From: Desulfatiglandales bacterium
GTDB lineage: Bacteria; Desulfobacterota; DSM-4660; Desulfatiglandales; HGW-15
Length of the DNA stretch: 64,000 bases
Direction of reading: 5' to 3'
Assembly: GCA_963667015.2 (NCBI GenBank)
Contig: CAXXJJ010000001.1
Span: 448,001 to 512,000, forward strand
Every line of letters starts with the position of its first letter. The stretch's first letter is position 1. Made by a program: the position numbers and the translations under genes. The notes beneath the pieces are model-generated. The model did not search any database. It was not told the DNA's origin and saw nothing but the letters and a program-made list of their open reading frames with translations. Shown one piece after another: positions 63,333-64,000 of the stretch.

Positions 63333-64000
63333 TTACCTCCTGTAATATTTGGCGCCGCGGGTAAAGCCATGCTCATTCGGGGCTGAAGATTCTTTTTGTT
63401 TTTTATCCGGAACCTTGTCCTGACCTGTAGTCAGTATGTTTTTAATTATCTTATAACTCGGATGAGGAGTATAAAATAAAGCCTTCTTACAGGCACCTTC
63501 CAGACGATTCAGGGAGTATTTATCTGCAAGCTTTAAAATCCCCATACAGCTTTTATAACCCTGCTGTTCAACCTTATAGGAGTTGAGTATGGATTTTATA
63601 GCAATAACAGTATTTGGACCTATCTTTTCTGCCCATGCTATGAAACGGCTTTTGTCCCATTTCAGGTATTTCTGATGATCTTCAGGCATATGAGCCTCGA
63701 TGCTGCTGTACTGGCCAGGACGCCCATATAGACGCATATGGGAACAGATTCGGGTGTTGCGATAAAACACCTCTACAATGTTTTTTGTTAGCCTCACATC
63801 GACCTTCTGCTTAATATATTCGTAAGGCACGGAGTATTGCATCTTATCTACAGATATATGATAATTGAACTGGACTGTGGCCTGTTTCCAGGTTGCCAGT
63901 TCATAGGAGGCAGCAGGTAGCGGTGCCATAAATGGCTTTTCTTCCTCAAAGAAACTGTATCGGCTGCCTTCTTTCTTTTGAAAGCTACGGCGGTTATACC
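63333..64000 (-). CDS. istA: IS21 transposase (partial)
   Basis: Matches the C-terminal part of 55264-56796. Confidence 0.95.
   Translation of the reverse strand, partial: YNRRSFQKKEGSRYSFFEEEKPFMAPLPAASYELATWKQATVQFNYHISVDKMQYSVPYEYIKQKVDVRLTKNIVEVFYRNTRICSHMRLYGRPGQYSSIEAHMPEDHQKYLKWDKSRFIAWAEKIGPNTVIAIKSILNSYKVEQQGYKSCMGILKLADKYSLNRLEGACKKALFYTPHPSYKIIKNILTTGQDKVPDKKQKESSAPNEHGFTRGAKYYRR

Larger units (their letters stand above)
62453..64000 (-). mobile_element. IS21 second copy, inverted, runs off the window
   Basis: Near-identical reverse complement of copy 1; end begins TGGATATACCGG. Confidence 0.95.

Overview
64 kb of bacterial chromosome, probably a strictly anaerobic Desulfobacterota-like organism (inferred from a korDABC-hdr-mvhD cluster, a selenocysteine HdrA and sigma54 regulators). 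Layout: (1) 1-14 kb is accessory, with a three-gene Lamassu/ABC-3C-type defence system (HNH effector), palindromic REP-like repeats, a group II intron 3' remnant, an attC-separated gene pair, a candidate sRNA and several frameshifted or deleted genes. (2) 14-25 kb is a 2-oxoacid:ferredoxin oxidoreductase plus heterodisulfide-reductase-like operon whose last gene has an in-frame UGA and a SECIS-like hairpin. (3) 25-53 kb holds BlaI/BlaR1-like regulation, a serine hydrolase, tandem sulfatases, thiM, PBP1B with a TPR lipoprotein and a sigma54-driven gdhA operon. (4) 53-64 kb is the most striking part: a minus-strand integron-type cassette array of about 12 attC-like sites in two size classes, many with non-canonical cores. 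It carries HNH nuclease, purN, BrnTA and HicAB cassettes and is invaded by two inverted IS21 copies. No integron integrase, rRNA, intact tRNA or CRISPR array is visible. Product calls come from motif recognition by eye; no database search was run.
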